From positions 23,809,123 to 23,873,122 of the forward strand of contig NC_133620.1 in the NCBI RefSeq assembly GCF_048593235.1: 64,000 bases of DNA, written 5' to 3'. This document shows, one piece after another, positions 13,321 through 24,380 of the stretch. Within the stretch, counting starts at the first letter, position 1. Each line of letters starts with the position of its first letter. The translations under genes were made by a program, and so were the position numbers. The notes beneath the pieces are model-generated. The model saw only the letters and a program-made list of their open reading frames with translations. It was not told the origin of the DNA and searched no databases. This stretch comes from Sminthopsis crassicaudata (taxonomy: Eukaryota).

Positions 13321-14579
13321 GCCCCAGTGGGCTCAGGGGGTGATTCGCTTCAGCTCCATTCAGCAGAATGTGAGTAGGAGTGGAGGAGGTGGATAAGGGG
13401 AATAAGCTAGGCATTTAAGAAAATATTTATTACATGAATATTTCTACTCAACTTTAAAAACGTTTTTTAAGTTTACAAGATATTGTTAAAATTATATTTT
13501 ACCTAAATGCATAAAATTCAATTGTTTAAAAGTCACTTGTCCTTTTGATTCTGGACACAGTATAAGGGGAAGGGAGGGATCATAATTAATGCTCATTTAC
13601 ATTTAACTCCAAGCTTTCAAGTCTAGTCCTTCCTAACCCCTGCCTGAACATGACCCTGGATTTGCAACATGCGGCCAGGTGTCTGAGTCCCAGCTCCGCT
13701 ATTTAAGCCGTGGGACTCTGGTTCAGTCACTTCCACTCCCTCCTTAAAATCTGGCAGGAGAGATAATAACACACATGCATACACTGCTTTACGCTTTGCT
13801 ACATATTTACACACATTATCTCCGGAGGCATTATCGCGATCCCCACTTTGCAGATGAGGAAGGTGAGACTGAAGTACGGGAAGCAGAATGGAACCAGGCT
13901 CCCCGCTTCTCACATCAGCAGGAGGAGGCTCCCCCATGATTTCCAGAGTCCCCTTTCACAGCTATAGGACACAGGAGGGGAGGCTGGGTGTGCGCCCTCA
14001 CGCCCGCCCTGGCCAGCTCCAACTGGAGACTACAGGTGTTGGCCCCAGTGCTCCGGGAGAAGAAGCCCTGCCAAGCACAGCCCTGTCCCTGTCCCTTCCT
14101 GGGCTCGTCCCAGGGAGTCTCCCCTTTCTAAGCTCGCTCACAAGGCTTCCAGACCATCTCCACCCACACAGGGTGACCACCTCACTCTTGCTCCAAAACC
14201 TTCAGGAGTCAGGGACACCTCAAAGGCCTTTGACCTGCACCCGAAGGCCTCTGGCTGCCTGGCCCCATGGCTCTCCCACCCTGTCAACACTGAACCCGGC
14301 CCAGTGAATTTTGGGAACCGGAATAACCCCTTCTGCCACTTTTTCCATTCTGTCCCCTACGGTCCGAGCGCCCGCACATACACGGGGCTTCAGTCTCAGC
14401 ATTAGAATGCCCCCATCTCTTCTCCCCCAGCCTGTTTCCTCAGTGCTTGTGCTCCCTGAGAGCAGGACCTGTGCATGCTACTGCTGCCAAGCAGCAGGTG
14501 CCCACTGTTTGCTGAACCTAACGGAATATTTTTACACAGAGAAGAGAGGGCACCCGGCACCTAAATGCTCAGGGAGAGC

Positions 14580-16900
14580 TGCTGAGTAGACTGAGGCGGC
14601 CCGCCGGCTGTCCGGGGGACAAAGGTCCGGCTGCTGCGGAAGGAGCAGGTGGCTGCCATCCCCTCAGAGCGGACACTTCTCGGGGTCTGGTTCCACCATC
14701 TAGGAGCCGGATGGCTTTGGGGGTCGGGGTGAGCATTAGAGAGCATGCCCGCCAGTCTCAGGAAGGGGGGCTAAAGGGGCTCCACAAACCCAGAAAGCTC
14801 TGGAACCAAACTCCAAAGAGTCCGTCCCAGAGCCGGCCTCCGGCCAGAAGCATCAGGAGGAAAGAGGCAGGGCAGGAGAGTGGGGCCCGAGTCTGAGCCC
14901 CGAATGTCCCAGGGAGAACAAGGGCCTTCAGACCCCCAGAAACCGACTGTCTCGGCCGTGTACGGGAGCCGGGACCGCACCTGGGTGAGCCCCCAGAGGA
15001 GGCGGGCGCAAGGCCCCCTCAGTCCCTCAGGACCACATCTGCCTGTTCCCCCTCCCATCCCCGCGGCCAGGAGATGCCCGCTGAGGCCCTGCCAGAACAG
15101 GCCCCCCACTGCACTGGCAGGGTGGCCCCCTACTCAGCACAGTCCCGAGCGGGAGGCGGGGCGTCACCTCGGAGCCTGCTCCTCACAGGGAGGGCGTCAG
15201 GAGCGGCCGGCCGGCCTCCAGCACTCCCGGCCACGAGGGCTCCTGGGCCAGCGGCCTGACAGTGAGCGGCTCGCCCGCGCCGGCCTCGCTGTCCGGAAGT
15301 GTCTCCCCGAGGGTTTGCCGCCCCGTGGGGCTCGGCCTCTGACCCTGTCAGCTTTGTCCCCCTGGCCCCAGGCCGGGACCCAGGCAGGGCTGCACTCCGG
15401 AGGCCCGGGGCAGGGACACTTCCGGGACGGCCCGTGCTCCCGGCCCGGCCCGTTCCTGCTGCTCCCTGCTGCTCGGGGACAGGGATCCCAGAGGAGGAAA
15501 CCGGCCCCAGGGTACCGCAACTTTGGAACGGTCTGCCGGTGTGCTCTCCCTGAGCCATCCGGGAAACGGACACCGGCAAGGGCCGAAACAGAGGCCGGGG
15601 GATCTCAGTCTCCTGGGGGCTAAGAGGGACGCGAGAGGCCAGCCCTCACTTTACAGACGGGGAAACTGAGGCCCAGAAAAAGAGCTCGGGAGTCCAGCTT
15701 TGTAACTGGGAAGATCCTCCGGGCCGCTGGGTCCCGGGTGCGCCCCTCCTTTGGCAGGAGGCACTGGGGTGACCCTCCAGGACGGGGAGTCCTCCTCTGA
15801 CTGAAATAGACTGATCGCGATCTCGGAGTCCGCGGAGTCCTAGGCCCGCATTTGACAGAAAAGGAAACTGAGGTCCAGAAGGGCCCCGGGATCCCAGAGC
15901 TCCGAGTCGGCGGAAACCCAAGCCTCCTTCGGCAGAGAAGGAGCCTGAGGCTCAGAGAGGACCCGGGGAGGGCCTGCCTCAGTCTCCCCCTCCCACTAAC
16001 GGCCGGGCTCCGGAGTCGGGCCCGGGCCCCCGCTCCTCCTGAGCCACTTAGGCCACTGCGCTCTGCAGGGCTCGCTCACCGGAGGCACCGAGACCGAGGC
16101 TCCGGCAGCAGCCGCTTTACCTGGAGTCGAGGCGGGGGGTTCCTCCGACGGCAACACGCGGCGGCAGCAAGATGGCGGTCGCGGCGGAGGCAGAGAAAGG
16201 AGGCGGCGGCCGCGGGAGCGCGGACACGTGACACCGTCCAGCCCACCTCCCGGTCCCCCGAGCAGCCAATCGCCGTATGCGCCCGCCGGAGGGGGGTGTC
16301 CGAACCCTGGAGTCCAATCGCGAGGCGGCGGATTCGGGGGGCTCGCCGTGTATGCTGGAAGCTGTAGTCCGCGGCGGAGTACATTGTGTCCCTCGCTAGG
16401 GCTTCTGGGAGCGGGCGGAGAGCGAGTTTTTGTTTGGCAGCCTGGACCTTCCCGGGGCATTGTCACGGGACTGGGGAGCAGCCTCCCGGCTGATGCGTGG
16501 GAGGCGGCGGGGGACGGATTCGTCGTCCTAGTACAGTCCGGGGGAGGGACTCTGGAGCGGGAGGAGTCGTGTGAAACCTGACATTTAGCTTTAGGCGACC
16601 TTGAAATCAATTCTAGAAGGTTTATCGGGCGCCTGCTTTAAGGCTGACCCCGTCCAACGCTGGTCCCAGCTTTCCTGCTCAAGGCAAACTTTGTTAAATG
16701 CCTCGTTGGCTGTGCAGACACTGGGCCTAGAGCTGGCGCAGAAACCGCGCCTGCCCTCGGGGAGCTTCCGCCCGGGGGCAATGGATGCAACGCGTGGCGA
16801 TGAGCCCGGCAGAACACGTCAAGTTTCTTATTGACAAGGGAGCCCTGAAATGCACACCTCGTCAGTATCTGCAGTCCCGCGCGCTGCAAGGAAGAGGCAG
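14580..16900. promoter_or_regulatory. BTF3L4: CpG island covering the BTF3L4 promoter, exon 1 and start of intron 1
   Basis: Dense CpG and high GC. Motifs include YY1 CAAGATGGCGG (16168-16178), E-box CACGTG (16225-16230), CCAAT boxes (16266, 16314) and a ZNF143-like ACTACA..TTCCAGCAT on the minus strand (about 16345-16370). Confidence 0.85.
16121..16203 (-). other. BTF3L4: BTF3L4 non-coding exon 1 (5' end approximate)
   Basis: CTCCAG|gtaaag donor at 16121/16120 inside the CpG island, no upstream ATG, and a pyrimidine initiator-like tract at about 16192-16203. Confidence 0.7.
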
Positions 16901-17122
16901 ACGTCCGGTCTTTCCCCCTATTGTCTGATGGCACGAACTTCTCTTTGTCATCTTCAGTCACGTCTGAGTAAAATCGCATCTTTTACCGGAAGCCTCTTAA
17001 TTCTAGTGTTTTCTCCCTCTATTAATTATCTCTTAAGTGAAGTTATGTCTATATGCATATATATTCCCTCTGTATATAGCTTGCTTTGCATATCTCTTTG
17101 TTTTTTGTCTTTCCCTCTCGTG

Positions 17123-17287
17123 CAGTGGTCCTCACACTTTTTAAATGGGGGCCAGTTCACTGTCCCTCAGACTGTTGGAGGGCCGGACTATAGTAAAAAC
17201 AAAAACTCACACAATGTCTCCGCCCCTCAGCCCATTTGCCATAACCAGGGGGCGCATAAATGTCCTCTGCGCCCGGGGGCCGTAGTT
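17123..17287 (-). mobile_element. OC1 (OposCharlie1)-type non-autonomous hAT MITE, one end truncated
   Basis: Begins CAGTGGTCCTCACACTTTTTAAATGGGGGCCAGTTCACTGTCCCTCAGACTGTTGGAGGGCCGGACTATAG. It is the reverse complement of the 22730-22919 copy, and its termini match my recollection of OC1/nhAT ends. Confidence 0.8.
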
Positions 17288-18496
17288 CTAGATTGTGAGC
17301 TCCTTGAGGGCGGAGATTCAATCCATGGACTTCACCCTGCTGATATCAGTTCATCAGTCTTCTCATGCTCCTCGGAATTTCTCATCTTAGTCTTTTATTA
17401 GAGCACGGTATCCGTCCATTACGCTCTTGTACCACAATTTGTTTGGCCATTTTGCAATCGATAACAATTGCTATAGGAAAATGTTGCCCGAAAATCTCTA
17501 GATCTCACACCCAGAAAACTGAATTATCTCTACAGCCCCAGGTCATTAAAAGCCTGGCTCTTTGGGGATGTGAGGGGTAAAAGTAGTGAGTGATTCTTGC
17601 ATCTGAAAGGCAGCGCTCTTAACTTTCATTTTCTTTGATGTGATTGTTGACCTAAAATCATCCATTTAGAAAGTATTCCTTTCCCAAGAATGGGGAAAAC
17701 AGACTGGAGAGTCTGACCACTTCTAACAAGTGATCTCTAACAAGTCGCCCAGATCGCCCGGGTCATCCCCTAAACTCCAGAATCCAGGTCAGTTCTATTC
17801 AACAAATACCTAGTTTACAGAAAAGAAAGCCCCAGTTTTTTGGGGGTGGGGGAGTAAGAAAAATGATTCTCCAAAAAAGACAAATTTAGGAAGTAGTGGA
17901 AATGGGATGAGAACTCTGATGAAGTCCTCTAGGGTTTTCCATTCCCCATGGGGCTCCTCATGCCTTTCTTATCTCTCAGGGTTGTTGGGAGGGAGGGCAC
18001 TTGGTAAACAGAGGATTGGGAGTTGCCGTTATCATCCATCCTCCCAGGCAGACTCGAGATGTCCTTGTTGAGGTTTGTGGAGGAGTGTGGGGAGGCGGGA
18101 GTAGCCAAGAATGGGAACAATACAATAAAGACTCCAGTTTAGATCGGGATGCCTGGAAGAGACCAGGGAGACAGCTTTTCACAGCCACAGCCCAGGAGAA
18201 GGCTCATTCCTATTGGGGGAAGGACAGTTATTGACTCCAAACCAGTTTGTCCAGTCTCATTTGGTGACTCTAGTAGTTGACCAAAAGCAAGTTTGCAAGG
18301 GCAGGGAGGAGGGAAGGGCAGTGGGAGCTGACAGCATTCCAAAGCAAGATCACTGGAGCAAATGTACGTTAAAGCACTGTGTCAACAAGAAGCCCACCTC
18401 CCTAGGACTCAGTTTCCTCATCTGCAAAAGGAGAATGATAACCATTAAGACTCAAATGAGAAATTATATCAAGTGCATTGTAAACCTTCAGTTTGT

Positions 18497-18535
<39 letters not shown>

Positions 18536-18536
<1 letters not shown>

Positions 18537-18793
18537 GTAATTGTTCGGTTGTGTCAGTCATGTTTAACTCTCCATAAGCCCTGTTAGAGTTTTCTTGGCA
18601 AAAATCCTGAAGGTGTTTGCCATTTCCTTCTCCAGCTCAATTGACAGAGGAAGAAACTGAAGCAGACAGGGTGAGGTGATTTGTTCAGAGTGGCACGGCT
18701 GGGAAATGTCTGAGGCTGGATTTGAACTCAGGAAGATGAAACTTGGACTCGAAGCCCTGCACTCTGTGCACCATGGCACCCCCTAGCTGCCTC
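18536..18793 (-). mobile_element. MAR1-type CORE-SINE with RTE-like tail and poly(A)
   Basis: On the minus strand: gaggcagctaggggg tRNA-like head, CORE (cagtttcttcctctgtcaa), RTE-type tail (gaaggaaatggcaaac...ccaagaaaac) and a 34-nt A tail. Confidence 0.8.
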
Positions 18794-19129
18794 GATCCCA
18801 CCCAGGGCTTCCTTGTGCTAATTTGCTTCTGACAGAGTCCCTCATCCCGGTAATAAGTTATCCCTTCCAGATTTCAGAAGTTTAAGTTGTATGGGAGTAA
18901 TCGGGGGAACTCTAGAGGAAAAAAAAAGGAGGCTGAAGCTTAGTGGAGACTTAGTGGAAAGAGGCCTTGGACTCCGGAAAAGCTGGGCTCTAGAGCAGCC
19001 TCGGACCCATCTGGGCCACACTCCGGGCAGGAACCTTACCTTGTGGGTGCCCAAGACCGTCAGTTATAGGGGATTTATGGTCCAGCCTTGCGAAGGGACT
19101 TAGAGCGGCTGTTTGCTTTGATTCTTAGC

Positions 19130-20700
19130 CTGTTTCCTTTCCTTGGGCCTCACTTCCCCCTCTGTCCGGAGCGCACGAGTGCCCCCCAGAAGGCACCGAG
19201 CACTGGCTAGCCAAGGGGCTTCATCGGATGCCTGGAGAGCGGAGGGGACGTGCAGAACGTCCCAGAGCAGGGCAGGAGCTGCTCCTCTGACCCCAGAGCC
19301 CGGAGGCCTTGCCTGGCAGGGCCGATGCCTGGAATGTTTTGCCCCCTCCCAAGTGTTGCATTACTCCTTATTGTACTGTATAAGATAATTGCACGTATTT
19401 GTGTGCACATTGGCTCCTCCATTAGACTGTAGGCTCCTGAGGCAGGGGCTTGGATCCCCGGTGCTTTACGTCAGCTTTGGGATTAGTTTGTCAGTTCCTG
19501 CTCTGGCTCATTTTACGGATGGGGAAACTGAGACAGAGGGAAGGGCCGCGTCCGGGGTCTCACTGCGAGGGAGGCGCCTGAGGCCAGATGGCTCTCCGGA
19601 AGCGGCCGGAGTTCTAGCAGCCTACGCACCGTCAGCCCGGCGGGAGCGCAATAAGTCCAGCGGACAACAAAGAGGACACAGAGGAAGTCCCAAAGGGCAG
19701 AGGGTTCTTTTTTCTCTGCTCGCACACTCCGGGCACGCAATAAGTGCTAGCGAGGGAAGAATGGAGCAAAATGCGACCTACGGACCACTGGCCACCCTGG
19801 AGCAGCACTGGAGGCACGTGCCAACCGCCCCGCCCAGGCTCCGCCCCCAGGCGAGACCTCGCCTCCGGATCGGGCCCCGCCCCACAAGGCCCCAGCCCCG
19901 CCTTCACAACCGGCTCCGCCTCCGGACGTGGGCGGACCAGATCCCGCCCCTCTAGGCCCCAGCCTCTCCTTCAGGCCGGCTCCGTTTTCGGACAGGCCCG
20001 CCCCTTAAGGCCCCAGCCCCGCCTCCGGGCCAGGCCCTGCCCCCAGACTGCCCCGCGAGGCCGCGGCTTTCAGTGCCTTTAAGCCGCCAGGCCGCAGGCT
20101 CCGCCCACATCCGTCGGACTTCACTTCCTTCGCTGTGGAGAAGCGGGGAGACAGAGAGGAGGGGACGAAGCCGAGGAGGCTGCCCGCTCGCCCGCGCTCC
20201 GGCCATGGGTCCTCCGCTGGCGCTCCTGGGCTGCTGCTGCTGCTGCCTGCTGCTCCTCGCCGCCTCCGCCTCGGCATCGGAAGGGCTCGGAAAGGGTCAG
20301 ACTGCCTGCCCCCCAAAGCTGCTCCCCACGTGCCCCAGTCCCGCGGGGGCACCTCTCCCTGCACCCTCCGCCTGGGCCCTCGCTGCTACCCCTTCAGGGC
20401 TCCCTGACCCCCCCGTCCGGCTGAGACCCCTGCACCCCTCCCCCACCCGGCTGGAGCCCTGCACCTCCTTCTGGGGCCCCGGACCCGCAGGCACCTCTGG
20501 AACACTCCCCCTCGGGGTCTGGCTCCCCTGTACCCTTCTCTCAATTCCCAGGCCTTCTCCTTTGCTGCCAGACTCCTCCCGTACCCCCTTCCAGTCCCAG
20601 AACCTGGCGTGTTCTTCCCAATTCCCAGACCCCCCTCTCCTCATTTCCCTCTCAGCGCCCTCTGCACCTCCGGACCCCCGCAACGCCCCACCCCCCAGCC
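19130..20700. promoter_or_regulatory. TXNDC12: CpG island / TXNDC12 promoter
   Basis: High GC and CpG, many CCGCCC GC boxes (19829-20110), E-box gcacgtgc at about 19814 and ETS-like cacttcc at about 20122, upstream of the ATG at 20205. Confidence 0.85.
20205..20295 (+). CDS. TXNDC12: TXNDC12 exon 1, signal peptide (MGPPLALLGCCCCCLLLLAASASASEGLGK)
   Basis: Strong Kozak context gccATGg, hydrophobic signal peptide ending in GLGKG as in ERp18, phase-1 donor gtcaga. Confidence 0.93.
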
Positions 20701-22264
20701 TCAGGATGCCCCCACCCCCCTCCAGGAAGGCTGGACTAAGCGGCCTCAGCTACCCTGCCAGAGCATGCCCTGGGCGCTCTCTAGGGCTGGGATTGCAGAG
20801 AAGGTGGCAACCTGCACGGGTGGGGGGACTTCCTCAGGCTGGAGCTCCCTACCTGCTTCAAGCCCCGCCCCAGTTCCTTGTGCCTGGTATACAGCAAGCA
20901 CTTAGTAATGCTTGTGGGTTGATTGGCTCACTCGCTGTCCCTTAATTTGGTTTGCCTCATAGCTGCCCAGAGGTGTAATTGTTAACCTTACCTCATAGAC
21001 AAGGAAACTGAGGCTGGGAACCTTAGCTGATGGTGTCCAGTCCAGTCCAGGTCTTTCTTATTCTGAGTCTGGCCCTAGGTGGCCGAGGAGTGACCCCTCC
21101 CATAAACTCGCCTCAGTTTCTGTGTGATCCTGGGCAAGTTACTGCCTCAGTTTCACTAAATGGAGATAATGTCCCCAAACTTCTATAGGCGTTTAGCTAC
21201 TATGGCTGTTATTATTATTGTGAAGGTGAGTTTTTTGCACAAATCCCTCCCCCTCGCTTCACCTTCAGAACAGAATGTAGGAATCCCTGCCGTCTTGTCC
21301 TGGATGGCATTTGGTGACGTCTGAGGCACAGGATCCTTTGGGTCACTTGGCCAGTGACCTGTCGGGTAACCTCTGGGGAGCCGGCTTCTGGAGGTTAAAG
21401 ATGGGCAGCTGGGAAATACTGCTTCCGCCCAGCACTGGCCATTGCCAGGAAGGCAGCGAGCAGCACTGACTGGGCCGACGGGCCTGGCTGGGGCTGCCGC
21501 GTGAAAGGCGGAGACGGGCTGAGGGCGCTGCTTTTAGAGCTTGCAGGACCTTGGAATCATCCAGTGCAACTCTGGGGGAGAGAGGCCAGTCTCTGAGGTT
21601 TTTCTCAGGGTCAGGAAGGATCAACGGAGCTAGAATAATTATGTGACTCTTAAAAATAAAAGGAGTAGCATATTAATGGTGAGGACATGATGGCAGTTTT
21701 ACTTCCCTCATTTTAATAATAGCTGACTTTCATATGGGGTCCCCAAAGCCTTAGTTTGAAACTAGTCTTGATTTTAAAGTTTAATGACAGAGAAAACTCA
21801 ATCAGTACCCAATACCACACCTGCTGTGTGCCAGGTACTGAGATCATAGAGACAGAAGTGAACCAGTCCTGCTGGACCAGCCATCCCGGGACCACCATGG
21901 GCGACTCAGAGGAGACTGCTCTCCTCCTATCCCGGAGGGGATTTTCAGCATGAAAGCAGAAAGGACCAGCTGGGCACAGTCACGAGCTCTCTGAGCAGGC
22001 CTCTAGTCCATCTTGTCCTTGAAGTTTCCTCTACAAGTGGGCACTGCTCCTTTTGGAAACCTCCAGGAGTGGGGAGTCCATTCCATCCTGGGAGAGCTGT
22101 GAGCCCTTATCTAATATCCTGGTCTAAGAAGGAACAACTCAATCTGCCTACTTGAAGACAATGGGGAATCATGTGGCACTTTGTAGACTCTGTGATTGTG
22201 TTATCAGCTTCCTGCTGCTTTTCATGATAGAAAAGCTTATTTTAGGTCTTTGGTTTTTTTTTAG

Positions 22265-22325
22265 GTTTTGGGGATCACATTCACTGGAGAACACTAGAAG
22301 ATGGAAAGAAAGAGGCAGCTGCCAG
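22265..22325 (+). CDS. TXNDC12: TXNDC12 exon 2 ([21 protein letters not shown])
   Basis: 61 nt, T-rich tract with tag acceptor, gtagga donor; matches ERp18/AGR1. Confidence 0.97.
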
Positions 22326-22729
22326 GTAGGAAGAGTCACTATAGGTGACCCATTGTGGGGGAGATGGAGGATGTGTGGGTGGTGGAAGGGACTCTGGTTT
22401 GAGTTTGAGAATCTGGCTTCCAATTCTGTGAATGATGCTTACTGCCTTACACGACTTTGATCACATCCCTGGAAAGGAGCAGAACTGACTGGGCCCGACT
22501 GCCCTGGCTGGGGCTCCATGTGAAAAGGAGAGAGGGTCCAATGGAGCTGCTTTTAGAGCTTGAAGAGATCTTGGAAATCATTCAGTGTAACTGGTGTAAA
22601 ATGAAGGCTTTGTGTGACCTATGAGGTGCTGGTGGCCCCAGATTAATGATCCCTCCAACCTAGATTTTAGCAAAAGAGGTCCACAGCCCTACTAGAAAGT
22701 AAGGAATGGAGCTGAATGATTGCCTAGGA

Positions 22730-22919
22730 CTGAGGTTCTCAAACTACAGCCCGCGGGCCACATGCGGCCCGCTGAGGACGTTTATGCTGCCGGCTGGGTT
22801 ATGGCAAATGGGCTGAGGGGGGGAGACAGTGTGAGCTTCTGTTTCTACTATAGTCCGGCCCTCCCACAGTCTGAGGGACAGTGAACTAGCCCCTATTTAA
22901 AAAAGTTTGAGGACCACAG
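22730..22919 (+). mobile_element. Complete 190-bp OC1-type hAT MITE with 8-bp TSD
   Basis: 16-bp TIRs CTGAGGTTCTCAAACT and AGTTTGAGGACCACAG (14/16 complementary). Flanks gcctagga (22722-22729) and gtctagga (22920-22927) fit the hAT-Charlie TCTAG target preference. Confidence 0.88.
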
Positions 22920-23019
22920 GTCTAGGACTTCTAAACCTCACCACATTGGTTACCTCAGGCCTTCCAGGAGTCAGGAAGGGGCAACCACAGGAAGATCAGG
23001 AACAGGGGGAGGCTCTGGA

Positions 23020-23466
23020 TCATCTTCAACATTTCAGATACACGAAAAAATGACTAGGATCAGTTTATTAGTTAGGAGAGCAGTAACCAATAAATTGGTC
23101 AGTGGCTTCTCAATGTCCAGAGACCCAAGGGGTGCACCAGCCTTCTTATGGTTTTGGAGAGTAGATCACATGATAGATTACATGATTGGTTAGGGATAAA
23201 CCACCTGAGTGTGGGGGTAAGAATCACCCCTCTCTGCCAGCCTAGAACCACTGATTGTTTTATGGCCTAGTTAGTGTACTACCATTAGCAACATCTTGGC
23301 GCCCAGAGTATTTGTACAGAAGTAAAATCCTCCCTGATTGTACAAGGACAGGCAAGAACAGACAATAGACTTTTTGGAGATAACAAATTAACTTGTAACT
23401 CCAGCTCAGAGGAAAAGCTGACTCCTTATAAAATTAATACAGCATAAAATTAGTTAAACTCCTACA
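23020..23466 (-). mobile_element. Possible solo LTR (antisense to TXNDC12)
   Basis: Minus strand starts TGTAGGAG, then CCAAT, a cataagaa TATA-like element and AATAAA (plus 23064-23069) in U3-R-U5 order. No TSD found and the left end is uncertain. Confidence 0.4.
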
Positions 23467-23524
23467 GTAGGAACTAGAGTACTATTTTGATATTTTTATC
23501 TGTGGTGGGCAGGCTTTCAGTTTA

Positions 23525-23740
23525 GAGGCAGCTAGGTGGTACAATAGATGAAGCTCTGACCTAGAAGGAAGACTTATATCTGACCTCGGACACCTGTCTG
23601 CCTCAATTTCCCTAACTGTTAAATGGGGATAATAGCAGTACCTATCTTTTAGGTAGTTGTGAAAATCAAGTCAGATCATATTTGTAAAGCACTTAGCACA
23701 GTGCTGGGCATTTAAAAGAGGCCATAAAAATGCTATTATT
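23525..23740 (+). mobile_element. MIR-type CORE-SINE
   Basis: gaggcagctaggtggtac head, ctcaatttccc..aaatggggataatag core and gtaaagcacttagcacag tail. Confidence 0.75.
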
Positions 23741-23789
23741 TTGTTATTGTGACCAGCTTGTATCTCACATCAAGTTAATAGCAGAACCT

Positions 23790-24380
23790 TTTTGGTGGGC
23801 TGCAGACTTGGTATAAGGAAGCCCTGAGACATCTGGGCCTAGAAATCAAAGGCCATCCTGGGCCACTTTAAGAGAAGCTCAGTGTCCAGGACTAGGAAGG
23901 GTGTGGTCTCACTGTGCTGTGCCTGATCCAATCCAGCCAGAGCTTTGTGTTGGCTTCTGAATGCCAGCCTTTAGGAAGGACATTAGCAATCTGGGGAGCA
24001 CTCAGAAACAAAGTGATGGGGATGGGGAGGAGCCATAAGTCTAAGGAACTGGGGCAGACTTATGGGGAACAGGGGAGCTTTCTTCAGGTATAAGAAGGCT
24101 GTTATATATAAAAGGGATCAGCCTGATTCTGTTTAGCCCCATGCAGCATAGCTGGGGAAAGGAGAGGGAGGAATTTCAGTGAAGCAAATTAAGGGAAATT
24201 CTTCTGACATCCATTAAATGGAATTTAGAGCCCCAAGCTCTGAAGGAAGGGGCTGCCTTGGAAAGTGATGAACTGTTGGCTGGACTTTGCTAGAGGCTGG
24301 CTATCTATAGGAGATTGTAGCAGGGGATTCTTGATTACAAAGGCCCTTTCCTATTCTGGCCTTCTGTGAGTCTGTAATCC
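23790..24380 (+). mobile_element. CR1/L3 LINE 3' fragment
   Basis: Degenerate L3-like motifs (ggaaggacatt, gctgccttggaaagtgatg), ending aaggccctttcctattctggccttctgtgagtctgt like the CR1 3' terminus. Confidence 0.6.

Noticed and set aside
14880-16610. Long ORFs (247, 204, 171 aa and others) in the BTF3L4 CpG island
   Set aside because: Pro/Arg/Gly/Ala-rich, overlapping in several frames and with no recognisable domain, as expected from stop-codon scarcity in GC-rich DNA.
20073-20945. 290-aa ORF containing the TXNDC12 signal peptide
   Set aside because: It is exon 1 read through the donor into GC-rich intron, and it starts at a non-ATG codon.
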